Source of the DNA: Octopus vulgaris | Lineage: Eukaryota | Length of the DNA stretch: 64,000 nt | Reading direction: 5' to 3' | Assembly (NCBI GenBank): GCA_951406725.2 | Contig: OX597824.1 | Span: 61,008,001 to 61,072,000 of the forward strand | Part shown: positions 25,980 to 39,500 of the stretch, one piece after another | Numbering within the stretch: the stretch's first letter is position 1 | Layout of the letters: the number at the start of each line of letters is the position of its first letter | Program-made: the position numbers and the translations under genes | Notes under the pieces: generated by a model | Database searches by the model: none | What the model was told of the DNA's origin: nothing | The model's input: the letters and a program-made list of their open reading frames with translations, nothing else

Positions 25980-26149
25980 TCAATCATGTGTAGACATCTG
26001 CCAACCACATGATTGATGTTAACTTAACATGCAGTGTACAAGAAATACCTTTGCAGTTGGATATATATGCACCAACTTCGGTATCCTTTGAGACAGGTGA
26101 ATAAAGTCGCGAGGAGGAAGCAGAGAAGGATGACAGTGCTGGATTACAG

Positions 26150-27494
26150 AATGACTAACGCAAGGGTAACTCCGTGACCTTGTCAGAGATCTACCTGAGA
26201 ATAAAGCAGAGCTGCTAGACTTTCGTCTTCAACAATGGAATCTCCTAGCAGCTGATGTGAAGATTTCAAAATTTCATGACCGTCAATAGCAGTTCAGCAA
26301 TTTCTTCATAATGGAAGGTGATTTATTGTTCTGCTACAATATTAATGGTCTGGTGGAAGCACTTGATATTCAATACGAACCCAGTCACTGGGGGCTGTGC
26401 ATAGATTCATCAAAAATTATTCTGAAAGTTGTCTTGCTGCACAATGGCAAAGTGAACCATCAGTTCCTGTGGGCTATGCATCACATACGAAAGAAATTTA
26501 TGAGAATATAAAGCATATGTTGCAATGCATAAAAAATTATGAACATCAATGGCAGCTCTGGTGGTGACTTAAAGGTTGTTGCTCTTGTGATGGGCTTCAG
26601 CGCAGATACACCAAGTATTCGTGCTTTCTGTATGAATGGGAAAGCCGTGAATGTGGTTCCCACTATATCAGGAGAGACAGGAGCCTGGGATGAAAACTGT
26701 TTAACAGCCACCGATCACTGAACCAAACAAAAGTTTGTTACCACCACTACACATAAAACTAGGGCTCATAAAAAAAAAACTTTGTAAAAGCTATGGACAA
26801 ATCCGATCATGGGGTTCAAGTATTTAGCATCAAAATTCCCCACACTGACCAATGCTAAAGTAAAAGAGAGAGTCTTCATTGGTCCTCAGATTCGATAACT
26901 TCTTAAAGACGGTGACTTTGAGTCAGCCCTTCATGGGGAGGAGAAAGCTGCTTGAGAGGCATTTAAGTTAGTGGAGATGGGATTTCTCGGAAACAGAAGA
27001 GAAGGAAACTATGAAGAATTGGTGGAAAACCTTATCAAGGCTTACAAGAACATGGGATGTAACATGTAACTTAAAATTTACTTTTTGGACTCACATTTAG
27101 ATTTTTTTCCAGTGAAATGTGGAGTAGTTAGTGACGAACATGGTGAGAGGTTTTACTAAGATATTTCAACCATGAAAAGGCGATACCAAGGCAAGTAGAG
27201 CATAACAATGCTTGCAGAGTATTGCTGGACATTGACAGAGGTGATTATTCGGCCCACTATAAGCGTCAAACAAAAAGGCAGAGAGTACATACGGACAAGA
27301 GCTTAAAACATTATGAAACATTTTATATGTTATAATATATGTTATTTTTTATAATCGAATATGTCGTGTATCTTTAAGCCAATAGCTAATAAGCATTTTT
27401 GAAGGTAATATTTGGATTCAGGACATGAAAATACATAAGAATTAGCTAATCTCATTTAAGACGCACACAACTTTTCAAACATTGTTGACCAATG
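26150..27494 (+). mobile_element. Chapaev3-like (CMC) DNA transposon, 5'-truncated pseudo-transposase
   Basis: IDSSK..LKVVLLHNG, GDLKVV, PPLHIKLGL, FIGPQIR, LDSHLDFFP..SDEHGERF..YQGK..MLAEYCW. The right end ttgttgaccaatg resembles a CACTG-type TIR. The superfamily label is from recall. Confidence 0.75.
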
Positions 27495-27496
27495 TT

Positions 27497-29830
27497 ATGG
27501 GTGACTTGAACTCAATCGTTGGATGTGATTTCATGACATAGTTGGCCTTAGGTAAATATGGTGTAGAAAAATGTAACCAAAAGTATGTCTCACACCTTAC
27601 TTCTAGCACTGAACATTGGCTTGTGATAGCAAGCACATTCTTTCAGCAGAAACAAAAAGTACATATATAATAAATATAAAACAACCTGGATAGATCCAAG
27701 GCCTGAGCACTGGTACCTTATTGACTATACAAATCAGATTTGAAGGGTCTCCGCAAAGTCCAAGCTGTGAGAGAAACAGAATGCTGGACAGACCATAGGC
27801 TAATGAAAGAGAAGTTTACTTTTACAATTCGATCAAAAATTAGAAAAGAAGGCTCTAGCGTACCAAAGAGAATTAACATGGTAAACCTTAATTCTCCTAC
27901 TTTATTGCAAAGTTTTCCTGATACAGTAAGAGGTCTCTCAACTGAAGAAAATCCATGGGAAAATTTCAAATTATAAGTCTATAATGCTGCATTTTCCACT
28001 TCGGGCCGAAGATCTAAGAATGTGGCCGACTGGTTTATTGACAATGACTAAGAAATTACTAATCTTCTTGGAAAGCAGCAAAAAATTCTAAGTCAAATAA
28101 TCCTAAGACATAAGAATATAAATCTATTAAATCAAAAATTCAGTTTAGTCTCTGAAAAATGAAATGTAAGTGGTGGCACCAAAAAGCAAAGTACGCAGAA
28201 GCTGCTAAAGACAGGCCTTCTTTACTTTTGTAAAAGAGACTATTTTGGCCTGTCAGCATCTATAACTCCAGTGATATCTGTTGATGACCACCAGCTCTTA
28301 ACTGATATCCCATCCATACAAAAATGATGGGTACAGAAGTATTCTGATTTTCTCAATATACGATCAAATGTTAATATGAGAATAACTGATGAAGTTGTAG
28401 ACCATCTTTTGTCAAAGAAACACCTGTTTAGTCAACATTAGATAATATTGCAGCAGCTGTAAAAAAAATCTCAATAATAATAAAACTTCGGGTATTGGTG
28501 GCATTAGTTCAGAAATTTTGTCGATTAGTTGGGAAAGGATGACCAAACTACTTCATTCCTTATTTGTATACTAGTGGAGGAAAGAGGAGGTGTCTCAAGA
28601 CTGGGTTGATGCTATTCTCACTTCCCTAAATAAATCTAGTCCTCAGGACTTATTCTTTTACGTAGAATGTCTTTGTCATTTATCGGAGAAGAGCTTTCTT
28701 GTGTTCTTTCAGAATGCATTGATAAATTCATTGTTCCGAGAGCTGTATCGAAGTCACAATGTGGCTTCGAGGGGTAGTTGATATGATCTTCAATATTCGA
28801 CAGCTACAAGAGAAAAGCAACGAACAAAACGTAGGCTTATACCATTGTTTTGTGGATCTTAGCAAAGTTTTTTAACATGGTTAATACACTGTAGCTGGTG
28901 CTGAAGAAACTTGGCTGTCCTGAAAAGTTTGTGAATATAACCAGGGTTCTCCATAAAGATCTGAAGGTCCGGGTTATCTTTGGTAGAACCCGATTGGAAC
29001 CATTTCCAGTTGAAGATGGACTTAAGCAAGGTGATCTCGAAGCATCGATACTCTTCTCTGTATATTTTACCGCTGTGCTTTTAAATACATTTGCAACTTC
29101 AGCAAATTGCATCTATATACGATTCTGATCTTCGAGTAATGTACTTAACCTGACAAAAATTAATTTCAATTCCAAAGGTCTTTACTTCCCTGGCACGTGA
29201 TCATTTATACGCGGACGACTGTGACTTAATAAGTCACACTGAGCAAGGCTCGCAGAACTTAATTAATGCATTTGATACTTCACGTAACATATTTGCTCCC
29301 ACAGTTAATTTGAAAACAAAATCTGTTGTAATGCATCAATTGGGAAACAATTCAACGAACCTTAGATACTGGTTATGGGCTCAGTACTTAAAGCGGTGGC
29401 TTCTTTTCAATACTTGGGTAGAATGGTACATGTTGATAAAAACCTAGACGCGGAAATCACTTTCGGTAGTCAAAGGGCAGCAAAAGCCTTTGGCTGCCTA
29501 GAATCTAAAGCCTGACCACAGTGCCATATCAAAGCTGATATTAAGATCTCGGTATATATCTAATTTTCTCTTTCTGCATGCTTCTGAGATTTGGACAATA
29601 TGCACGCGTCATGTAAAATTGTTGGAAAGAATTCAGCAGAAATATTTCCGCCACATACTCAGAATAATCTGGTCCTCGCTCATTCCTAACACTAAGTTTC
29701 TTACTTAAGCAAGGATCGCATCAATCCGAGCCTATTAGGAATCAACTTCGATGGACAGGCGATCTCATATGAATGGATAATAAGCGCATCCCCAAGCAAA
29801 TACTTTATGGTGAGCTTATTTTGGGAAAGA
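27497..29830 (+). mobile_element. Degraded RTE LINE (EN through RT and C-terminus)
   Basis: MGDLNS..YKTTW..ECWTDHRL; RQLQEK..VDLSK..LKKLGCPEKF..GLKQG..LYADDC..QYLG..QLRWTG..RIPKQILYGEL. Confidence 0.9.
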
Positions 29831-29974
29831 AGAGAAATAATACCTTTCAGTTAATTTTTCCTCGTGAGGTTTTCGGTATGCTGTAAGAAAATACTCCACC
29901 TTACACCTTACCTAATGGCTTAGTTCTTGTATACCAACTTTCTCTCAACATAGTAGAATCATCATTGTAACCCT

Positions 29975-30083
29975 TTAATAACACACAAAGCTGTTAAATT
30001 CATCAGTTTGCAATTGTGCAACGAAAATTTAACACGTCATAAAATAAATTTAAAATGAATTTAACAGTTGTTTATGTTATTAA
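29975..30083. repeat. Short imperfect inverted repeat
   Basis: ttaataacacacaaagctgttaaattcat versus atgaatttaacagttgtttatgttattaa. Confidence 0.6.
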
Positions 30084-30211
30084 ATTACTGAAATAACTAT
30101 TGCACGGTGTTACTGCCGCAGTTTCTGCACATGGTCTCTGATCAAGTTACGTGCTAGACACTATTGATGTATATATGTGTGAATGCACACGCATTTATAG
30201 ATGTACACGTG

Positions 30212-31010
<799 letters not shown>

Positions 31011-32526
31011 AAAATACAGTAGCCTAAAGTGTTCATATTTGTTGATTGGTGATCAGCGAAGACAATGGCTTCACCAGTGTAAGTCCTCAACAGAGGACAC
31101 GTCCGTCAGGGAACCAGAGAAGCTCAACGGTTACTCTCGCTATAACTCGTTCACTGTTGCAAAGATATGATACTATCGCAAAAAATGGCCCTAAGATGTT
31201 TCAACCATCAGTAATCAATGAAGACCATGACTGTCGGACCATATAATACTTCAACAATCAACATAAATAAGATTATAATAATTATCCAAACTTTTAAGCC
31301 CATCTTTACTCTGTATATTTACAATATTTATATTTATAGTCTCGATGGTTAAACTTTCGATCATCATCAGGTATCTTGCTCCAGGATATGTACATGGTCA
31401 CTGACTAGATTCGAACCTTAAACCTAGCCTCATTCACAGACCAGTGTAAAGAATGTGAGCACTGTATAGTTTACGAGTGTTTTATTACTTTGTAATGTGG
31501 AATTAAAGTCATTCATATTTTATATTCATATAATTCTTGATGAGGAACTTAATGATTTGCAAACTAATTCAATTCGTGTCGCCATGGTTGGATGAGTGCG
31601 CAAACCAACCATTCGGATTTTAAAAACGAATACGTCAATTAGACATTTCGAAGTTCATTAAGAGAAATAAAATGAATAATTTAGAGGAACATCAGACGAA
31701 ATCAATAAATGCATTGATGATATAAATATATGTTGGAGTCAAAAATAATACATATATTGATCAAAGTGTCAACATATGTTATTATCAAAGCGTATTGGTG
31801 TTTAAACAGGAGTATATAATTTTTTGTGGGTATATAGTTTTAATCCTTTGATACTTCAAACAATAACTGTGAGCAGGTAAATTTTTTTTGTTTGAATAAT
31901 TTGATGATATATTGATCTAACTAGAACAATACATTGTTGTTCAGAGATGACAACAACAAAAGCAAGAATCCCAATGATTTTACTGTCAACTTCAAAATGA
32001 ATCGATTTTATACAGGTGAAAGCTATTCAGTTGATTATAATATTCTATGCATTAATGCGACTTAAAACAACAGGGATTATAGACTTCAGTATGTTTTGGT
32101 ATATTTCTTGCATTTCTTTTTCATTTTTATTTTTTTTGTTTGTACTGACACCCACATATATTGCTTGAAATATCAAAGGATTAAAATTATATATCCACAA
32201 ACATTATATACGTTCTAGACCTATAGAACGACAGAAGATACAATCACTCCCCCAAACACACACACGTATTCACATGTATGTATGGAATACATTCTTACAT
32301 ACATATACATGTATGTGTGTGCATAAGTATTCTGTCTTTCTCACTCCCGGTATAAGTTTGCGTATATGTATATACGTATGTATATATACTTATACACACA
32401 TATGTGTATGTATATTTGTATCTATGCATTTCTCTTTCTCTCCCTCTTTCTCTCTGTATATATGCATATACACATACAAACACACACACACACACGCACA
32501 AACACACACAAACACACACACACACA

Positions 32527-32728
32527 TATTGATAATAAAGAGAAAAGAATTTGAACATTCAAACGTTTTGCTAATTTCCAGTTAGTTTATTCATAATAAT
32601 TGTGTGACACGTGTTTCGATCGCATTAACTGCATACTGTTGCAGCAGTATGCAGTTAATGCGATCGAAACACGTACAGGACAATTATTGTTTTAATGTTG
32701 AAATTCTTCATTCTCCTTATTATCAATA
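32527..32728. repeat. Palindromic element with a hammerhead 3' half (GAAACACGTGTC)
   Basis: 30 bp perfect inner arms (32609-32638/32645-32674) plus imperfect outer arms. Confidence 0.8.
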
Positions 32729-32927
32729 CTGTACTTTACACCCTAAGTAGTCAAGACATAAACTGTAACATCGGATGGGAGCTAAAGGAAGTTTACCAAA
32801 AAAACGCACCATCTGAGGGATTATACTGAGAGAAATTCGGTATCTGCCTGGATATTATATCCCTCCTCTTATTATTATTATTATTATATATATGTGTGTG
32901 TGTGTGCGTGTTTGTGTGTATGTGTAT

Positions 32928-32997
<70 letters not shown>

Positions 32998-33294
32998 CAG
33001 AGAGACAGATAGACACAGACAGAGATAGTAAAGCTAACTTGTTAGCAATTTTTCAACCAAAAGGCAAAAATATATATTTTATTTAAGTGACTGAGGGCGC
33101 TCTTCAGCACCTTTACCATTACGTAAGGGCTCAGCATGGGTTAAAAAATCTGATACAGACGAGTTGTTCGATGTATCGACGAGATCGTACCATTTTGTCG
33201 TAATGTATACGGATTCATTACATTTTGACAACATAAGTTCCTGTAACACTCCTTAAACTTGTTTTCATCTTAATTTTAATATTTCGATAAGTTT

Positions 33295-33560
33295 CCTTTG
33301 TGTTAATAAAATGAATAGGTTTGCTTTTGTTTGCGACAAACCATTAACCCACAAGGTGCAGTTACTTGTGCTTTATTCTTTTATGGTTTAAATAAATTTA
33401 TTTTATATTCCTTTACTTTAGAGTTTTCTGACGATTTCCTTTATGTAAATAAAATAAGTAGGTTTGTTTTTGTTTGCGACAAATCACTAGTCCACTTGTG
33501 CTTTATTCTCTTAAAGTTTAAATAGATTTATTTTATATTCTATTACTTCAGAGTTTTCTT
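33295..33560. repeat. Diverged tandem duplication (~140 bp unit)
   Basis: taggtttg..tttgtttgcgacaaa..cttgtgctttattc..tttattttatattc..agagttttct occurs twice. Confidence 0.8.
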
Positions 33561-34178
33561 TTTATCTTCTTTTTCGTCTTCTTTTTTAAATTTTATTTCT
33601 TATCACGTTTCATGCTGGAATTAAGCTAAAGCTTATCGAATAACTTAGTCTAACGCGCAGTAGCAATAAAGGTTTGTTTTTTGTTTTGTTTTGTTTTTCC
33701 AATTGTAGATTTTCAATGCTTAATAGAAAAAAAACCTACAAAAATAATCAAACAATTACAAGCATGCAAAAATATAGAGCACCATAGAAAACCTTGACTT
33801 TACGTCGGTAAGCAACAATAGGCTTTTGTCTCTTTTTCCTTGCATTGTTTTGCTCCTAGACATATATTTGATATCCAGAAAAATGATCGAATAGTTATGC
33901 TAAATGTTATATAAATGATATAAACTTGAATTCATCTTGGGCAGTTTCTCTCGGTTAAAGGCTGAGCACATTCCTTCTGTAGCTTTTAGAATGAGTAAAA
34001 CGATTTCAATGTTCGGGAGAATAATTTTATCGGCAATAGGGTCGTTCACATAACAGAATGTCGTTAATGATCACATCAATGGCCTCTGATCACATTCCTC
34101 TTACCCCATTACTTCTAGGTAGGTACAGACGATTATTATTATTATTATTGTTGTTGTTGTTGTTGTTGTTGTTGATAT

Positions 34179-34672
34179 TGAATGAAGGAGCAGTGCATAC
34201 CATCAAAGTAACACTGGGGTAAAATATACGAAGCCTAGTATACCCATCATAACTACCCATCTGATAAGGTTGCACCTGGCACATGCATCACAACCATATG
34301 TGCGTGAAATAGTGATCTCATATCAAGATAAACAGTGCATGACCTTGCAGGTGGGGACTTTTCTTCAGATCAAGTAGCCCATCCCGCTCAAAAGGTCCCT
34401 GAATAAGGGTTGTTTAAGGATGACGAACAAAACACCCATATTTCCAGAGGTGAATTATACAAGCCCTACAGAATTCCTTTCAACACATTACTTTGATTCT
34501 CCCCCACTACTACTGCACGTGATCAGAGATGCACATATCGTCAGCCACTAAGGGACATGCTCAACTGGTTAAGGTCAAACAAGTGACAAGCAAATCTGTG
34601 GTATTGAGCAGACTATTTGGTGTAGTCCGTCTTTTATACTAAGACAAAACAATGTACATGATAACACTTCCA
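34179..34672 (-). mobile_element. ~500 bp non-coding retroposon-like repeat in (ATT)n, copy A
   Basis: Highly similar to 34696-35195 and 36273-36425; strand inferred from the truncation pattern. Confidence 0.7.
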
Positions 34673-34695
34673 ATTATTATTATTATTATTATTAT

Positions 34696-35195
34696 TGAGT
34701 GAGAGAGCAGTGCATGCCATCAAAGTGACACTAGGGTAAAATATACGAAGCCCAGTATACCCACCCATCATGACTACCCGTCTGATAAGGGTACACCAGG
34801 CACATGCATCACAACCATATGTGCGCGACAAGGTGATCTCATAACAAGATAAAATTCTAACTGGGTGGGGCCCAGTTAGAATTTTCTTCTGGTCGGGTAA
34901 CCCATCCCACTCAAAAGGTCCCTGATTAAGGGTTGTTTAAGGATGTTGAATGAAACACTCATGTTTCCAGAGGTGAATTATTCAAACCCGAAAGAATCCC
35001 TCTCAACACATGGCTATGATGCTCCCCCACTACTTCTGCTCGTGATCAGAGATGCACATATCGTCAGCCACTGAGGGACATGCTCAACTGGCTAAAGTCA
35101 AACAACTGACAAGCAAATCTGTGGTATTGAGCAGAATATTTGGTGTAGCCCATCTTTTATACCAAGACAAAACAATGTACATGATAACACTTCCA
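34696..35195 (-). mobile_element. ~500 bp repeat, copy B
   Basis: Same ends as copy A (tgagtgagagagcagtgcatgcc...gataacacttcca), separated from it by (ATT)n. Confidence 0.7.
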
Positions 35196-35339
35196 GTCAT
35201 TATTATTATTATTTACTTTTAATCTGCATATTTGTTGCAATCACTTCCCGAGATACAATTTGCGCCCTAGGGCAAGTGAAGGTTACGAGATGTTACACTG
35301 TAACTGAAAGCTTGGGGAGAAGTGACGACGTCAATAGCG

Positions 35340-35575
35340 AAATACCTATTTCTTTACTACCCACAAGGGGCTAAACACAGAGAGGACAAACAAGGACAGA
35401 CAAACAGATTAAGTCGATTATATCGACCCCAATGCGTAACTGGTATTTAATTCATCGACCCCGAAAGAATGAAAGGCAAAATCGATCGGCGGAATTTGAA
35501 CTCAGAACGTAGCGGCAGACGAAATACCGCTAAGCATTTCGCCTGGCGTGCTAACGATTCTGCCAGCTCGCCGCC
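35340..35575 (-). mobile_element. SINE family A, near consensus
   Basis: Reverse complement of 51223-51455. Confidence 0.9.
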
Positions 35576-35619
35576 TTTTAGCGAAATACCTCCATATAAT
35601 ACTACACAAAACATTAAAT

Positions 35620-36175
35620 TTACTGGATTTTTCTAAAGATGCATGCAGTACTTGTTATCACAATATCTTGAATTTTTCTGACATCCCGTTTTTTATTATC
35701 ATACCTAGGGTACCTACAATAACAGGAACAGTTTTTGCTTTAAGATTTTATATCACTCGTATTTCAATTTCCAGTTCCTCGTATTAACTAAGTTTGTCGA
35801 ATTCTATTACAGAGATATTTTTATTGGTGGCAACATTTACATCTATTAATCTACCAGTATTTTCTTTGCTCTTTAATAATTATGTCTGGTCCAGTAGTCT
35901 GGATCGTTCTGTCGGTATTGACTGGAAAATCCCGGAGGATAGTGACATTTTAAATTCGAAATGACTGGCTCAGAATAATGTTTATACCAGATTGCAGGAG
36001 TGCCAGTTTTACAGTGTTTATATATTCCTATAATGAAGGCCTTATAGCACAGTCCTACATACATCATTCCTCTTTCTCTACTGCTTTTAGGTACGTAAAA
36101 ATGATCAGCGTCTGCTTTTGAGTGGTGTGTGTTCTTAGCAGTCAATATTTTTCTTGTCTTCCTATTTAGGTGTTG
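35620..36175 (-). mobile_element. R4/Dong-clade fragment (internally deleted, RLE end)
   Basis: KTRKILTAKNTHHSKADADHFYVPKSSRERG; WYKH..TDRTIQ..PDIII; KIQDIVITSTACIFRK. Confidence 0.7.
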
Positions 36176-36226
36176 AAATTATTATTATTATTATCATTAC
36201 TATATCATTATTATTTATTATTATTA

Positions 36227-36272
<46 letters not shown>

Positions 36273-36273
<1 letters not shown>

Positions 36274-36423
36274 GAGTGAGAGAGCAGTTCATGCCATCAA
36301 AGTGACACTGGGGTAAAATATACGAAGCCCAATGACTACCCGTCATGACTACCCGTCTGATAAAGGTACACCAGGCACATGCATCACAACCATATGTGCG
36401 CGACATGGTGATCTCATATCAAG

Positions 36424-36425
<2 letters not shown>
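36273..36425 (-). mobile_element. Truncated copy C of the ~500 bp repeat, flanked by (ATT)n on both sides
   Basis: Matches the left ~150 bp of copies A and B. Confidence 0.75.
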
Positions 36426-36459
<34 letters not shown>

Positions 36460-36507
36460 TACTATTATTATTATTACTACTATTATTATTATTATTATTA
36501 TTATTAT

Positions 36508-39500
36508 AGCCGTCAACCTGGCAAGCCACGCTTCACCTAGCTCCGTAGATTTCATATGGAAAAAACACAAAATAATTTTATTTACACCCTTATTTATACC
36601 ATCGTGGAAAACAAGTTATATGCTGTCGAGGAGTGAGTTTATTTCCTGTTTTGTCCCCTAGTTTTGGGGGACAAGTCAATTGTTTTTGTTTTTTTAAGCA
36701 AAGTTATGTGCATTTTCCCCACCAACATGGAGAAAACACAAAACACGGTGACGCTCATATGTGAGAGAGGAGGAGAAATTGAAGAGCGTCACGAAACATC
36801 AATGAGAGAGAGTGCATGCGTGCGAAGTAAAAAAAAGACGATAACTGTATTTTTCTCGAAAAAGGGACAAAAAGGGCAAAGGCAAGGGAACCATTTTTTT
36901 CAAGAAGGATCACTCAGAAGATCTTTTGAAAAGCAAAGGCTCTGTTTTTAACAACATTATTCGAAGTGGAAACATTAATTTCGAAAATGTAAGCGGTAAA
37001 AGACCTTCCGTGAGCGAGACAGCGGATGAATTAACTACAAATAATAACAACAGCATCAGCAGTACCAACAGCATCAGCAGTACCATCAGCAACCACAACA
37101 ACAACAATAGCAAAAGCAACAACAAAACCAACAAACGACAGCAGCAACAAAGATGACAAAGACAATGAAGGAGCTGAGACACACAAACCGGCAGAACGAC
37201 TTGGAACAGCCTTTCAAAGCTTTCTTTCGCTGGAGTAGCCAAGTCATCTCTTCAGAGAATACAATTCTCCGAAGAAGAACTTAAATATGTTAGACAACTA
37301 GTGGAGAGAGATGGAATAGCTGTAATGTTGAATACCCCACCTGAGACGACCCAGGCTACGATACACCGCACAGTGACGTACCGTACAATCGAGTTAAAGT
37401 CAAGGAGAGTGGAAAGATCCACAGAGGCTCGAATGCAAGCTTTAGGTTCCGTCTGGAATCTAAAGGAATATATCAGAGGGGAAAGGCCTATGGAACTGTG
37501 GACGTTCGATTCCACACCGAGGAATCCCCTCAAAAGCGAGGAGCTGTTACTAGTTTTTTACAACTGCGGTCAGAGACTGGCTGAAATTAATTCAACAGGT
37601 GCCGCCAGAGATAGCCATTCCTTGGCTAATTGCGGCAGTGATGATAGATATCGAGGAAAACTCGAAAATCCTCGAAGCCTATAAGACCAAATAGGAGAGC
37701 TGGTCTGAGATGACCTTAGAACTCATCATTCAAACAACACAAAAGAATGTGGATCTCATCCCAGACCAGATCCTTCTTCCTGGAGGCAGCATAATTCCAG
37801 TCAGGGTAGACGGAAGAAAGGAAAAGTGCCACCTTTGCTTTTCACCTAAGCATTTAAGAGCCCACTGCCCTAAACAAAACGAAAAGGAGAGATGAGCACC
37901 TCTCCTCTCTACACCAACAACGGCCACCGGAACTCCAGCGACAACAGCAGCAGCGCCATCACCATCTGCAGATTCAGCTGTAGTACCACCAACACCAACG
38001 ATTATACTGACATCGAATTCACCTACAGCGCCCGAAGATGTTTCACTTCCCAGTGCAGAGTGGGTGGACACCATAGCTCGAGAGACGGACCATGATGAAG
38101 ACTGGCTGTTAAAAACAAAATAAAAACGTAAAAGAGACAGAAGGAAAAATAAACATATGGACAAACAACAACAACAGTCCCTCTAAACAAAACCAAGTAA
38201 GCTTTCCTTTTTTTTTTCTTTTTTTTCCGAAAACATGGTCGTGTACAAAATAAGCAGTGTAAATGTACGTGGCCTGGGGTCGCCTTGGTAGTGGGGTCAC
38301 CTGCTCAGCGACACGGCCTCAAAGAACTGAATGTCGACGTGGTGGTCATTAGCTAAACCAGAATTTCCGACTCATGGGACTTGCGACCTAATTTTGGTGA
38401 CTATGCGGTGTACGCATCTCCAAGTAGTGAGGGAGCAGGAGGTGGAGTCGCCGTGATGGTTCGGAAAAATCTAGATCTTACAATACAGACGATCCTCTTG
38501 GATCCAGAGGGTAAGTTGGTGGTCCTGGACGTGACAGACAGCGGACATACTTTTAGGATAGTTGCCGTCTTTGCCCCGACAGGGGCAGGACAACCAGATT
38601 TCTTCAGACGTCTGGAAACTTTCCAGGGAACGTCCCGCTTTTCAGCGTTAGTGGGGGATTGGAATAGAGTTTTAGATGTAAAGTGAGACCATGTAGGTTT
38701 AGCAGATAGGAAAGGAGGGTGCAAAAGCCTCGCAAACCTGTTCAGACGATTCCAAATGTCTGACAGGTATCTACTGGATTTCCCGGATGTTCCTGTGTGG
38801 ACCTGGTCAACCGCATCGGGTTATCCAGATCGTATCTAGATAGGATATTTTGTGTAGTAGCAGATAAGGATAGCATAGGTTGTCCACAGTTTAAAGTAGT
38901 CGATTATACAGACCACACATTCTTGATCTATACAGTCCACTTAGATAGGGACCCGGTTTCTGGAAATTGAACACGTCGTCGCCGACGCGTAAAGATTTCA
39001 GAGACTTGGTTAGTGAACTAGTTAAGAGGTGGTTGACGGAGACAGTAATCAACAGCAAATGGAGGTTCGCCCTTAACAGGGCGATTAGAATACAATCGAT
39101 AAGGTTTAGCAGAAGACTAGCAGTAGAATGAAAGAAAATAGAGACAGAGCTAGTCAAGAAGTTAGACGAAGCTTTTATAAAAGGCATCGCGACCGACGTG
39201 CTCGCAGCGAGATTGGCACATGACTAATTCTTCAACGCAAAGCACAAAGATTGTGTTGTCAGAGCTAAGGCACGAGCACTTAGACACGAACGGACGAAAG
39301 CTATTCAATGGGCCCGAGTGGCAGAGGCACGGCGTGGCAATAAATCCACGATCCGATCTTTGCCGAACCACGAAGGGCAGATGATAACTGATCCGGGACA
39401 GATGTGTGAGGCATTTTAGTGGCGCTTCGCTCAACTGTTCGGGAGCAGCAGTGAGCCGAGTCGCAAGATGGATTTCACGTCCTACCTCGATAGGTTGCCG

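Noticed and set aside
31355-31372. Minus-strand CTGATGA-tgatc-GAAA (similar motif at ~59198-59215)
   Set aside because: Stem II is too short and stems I and III are unsupported, so it cannot be distinguished from chance.
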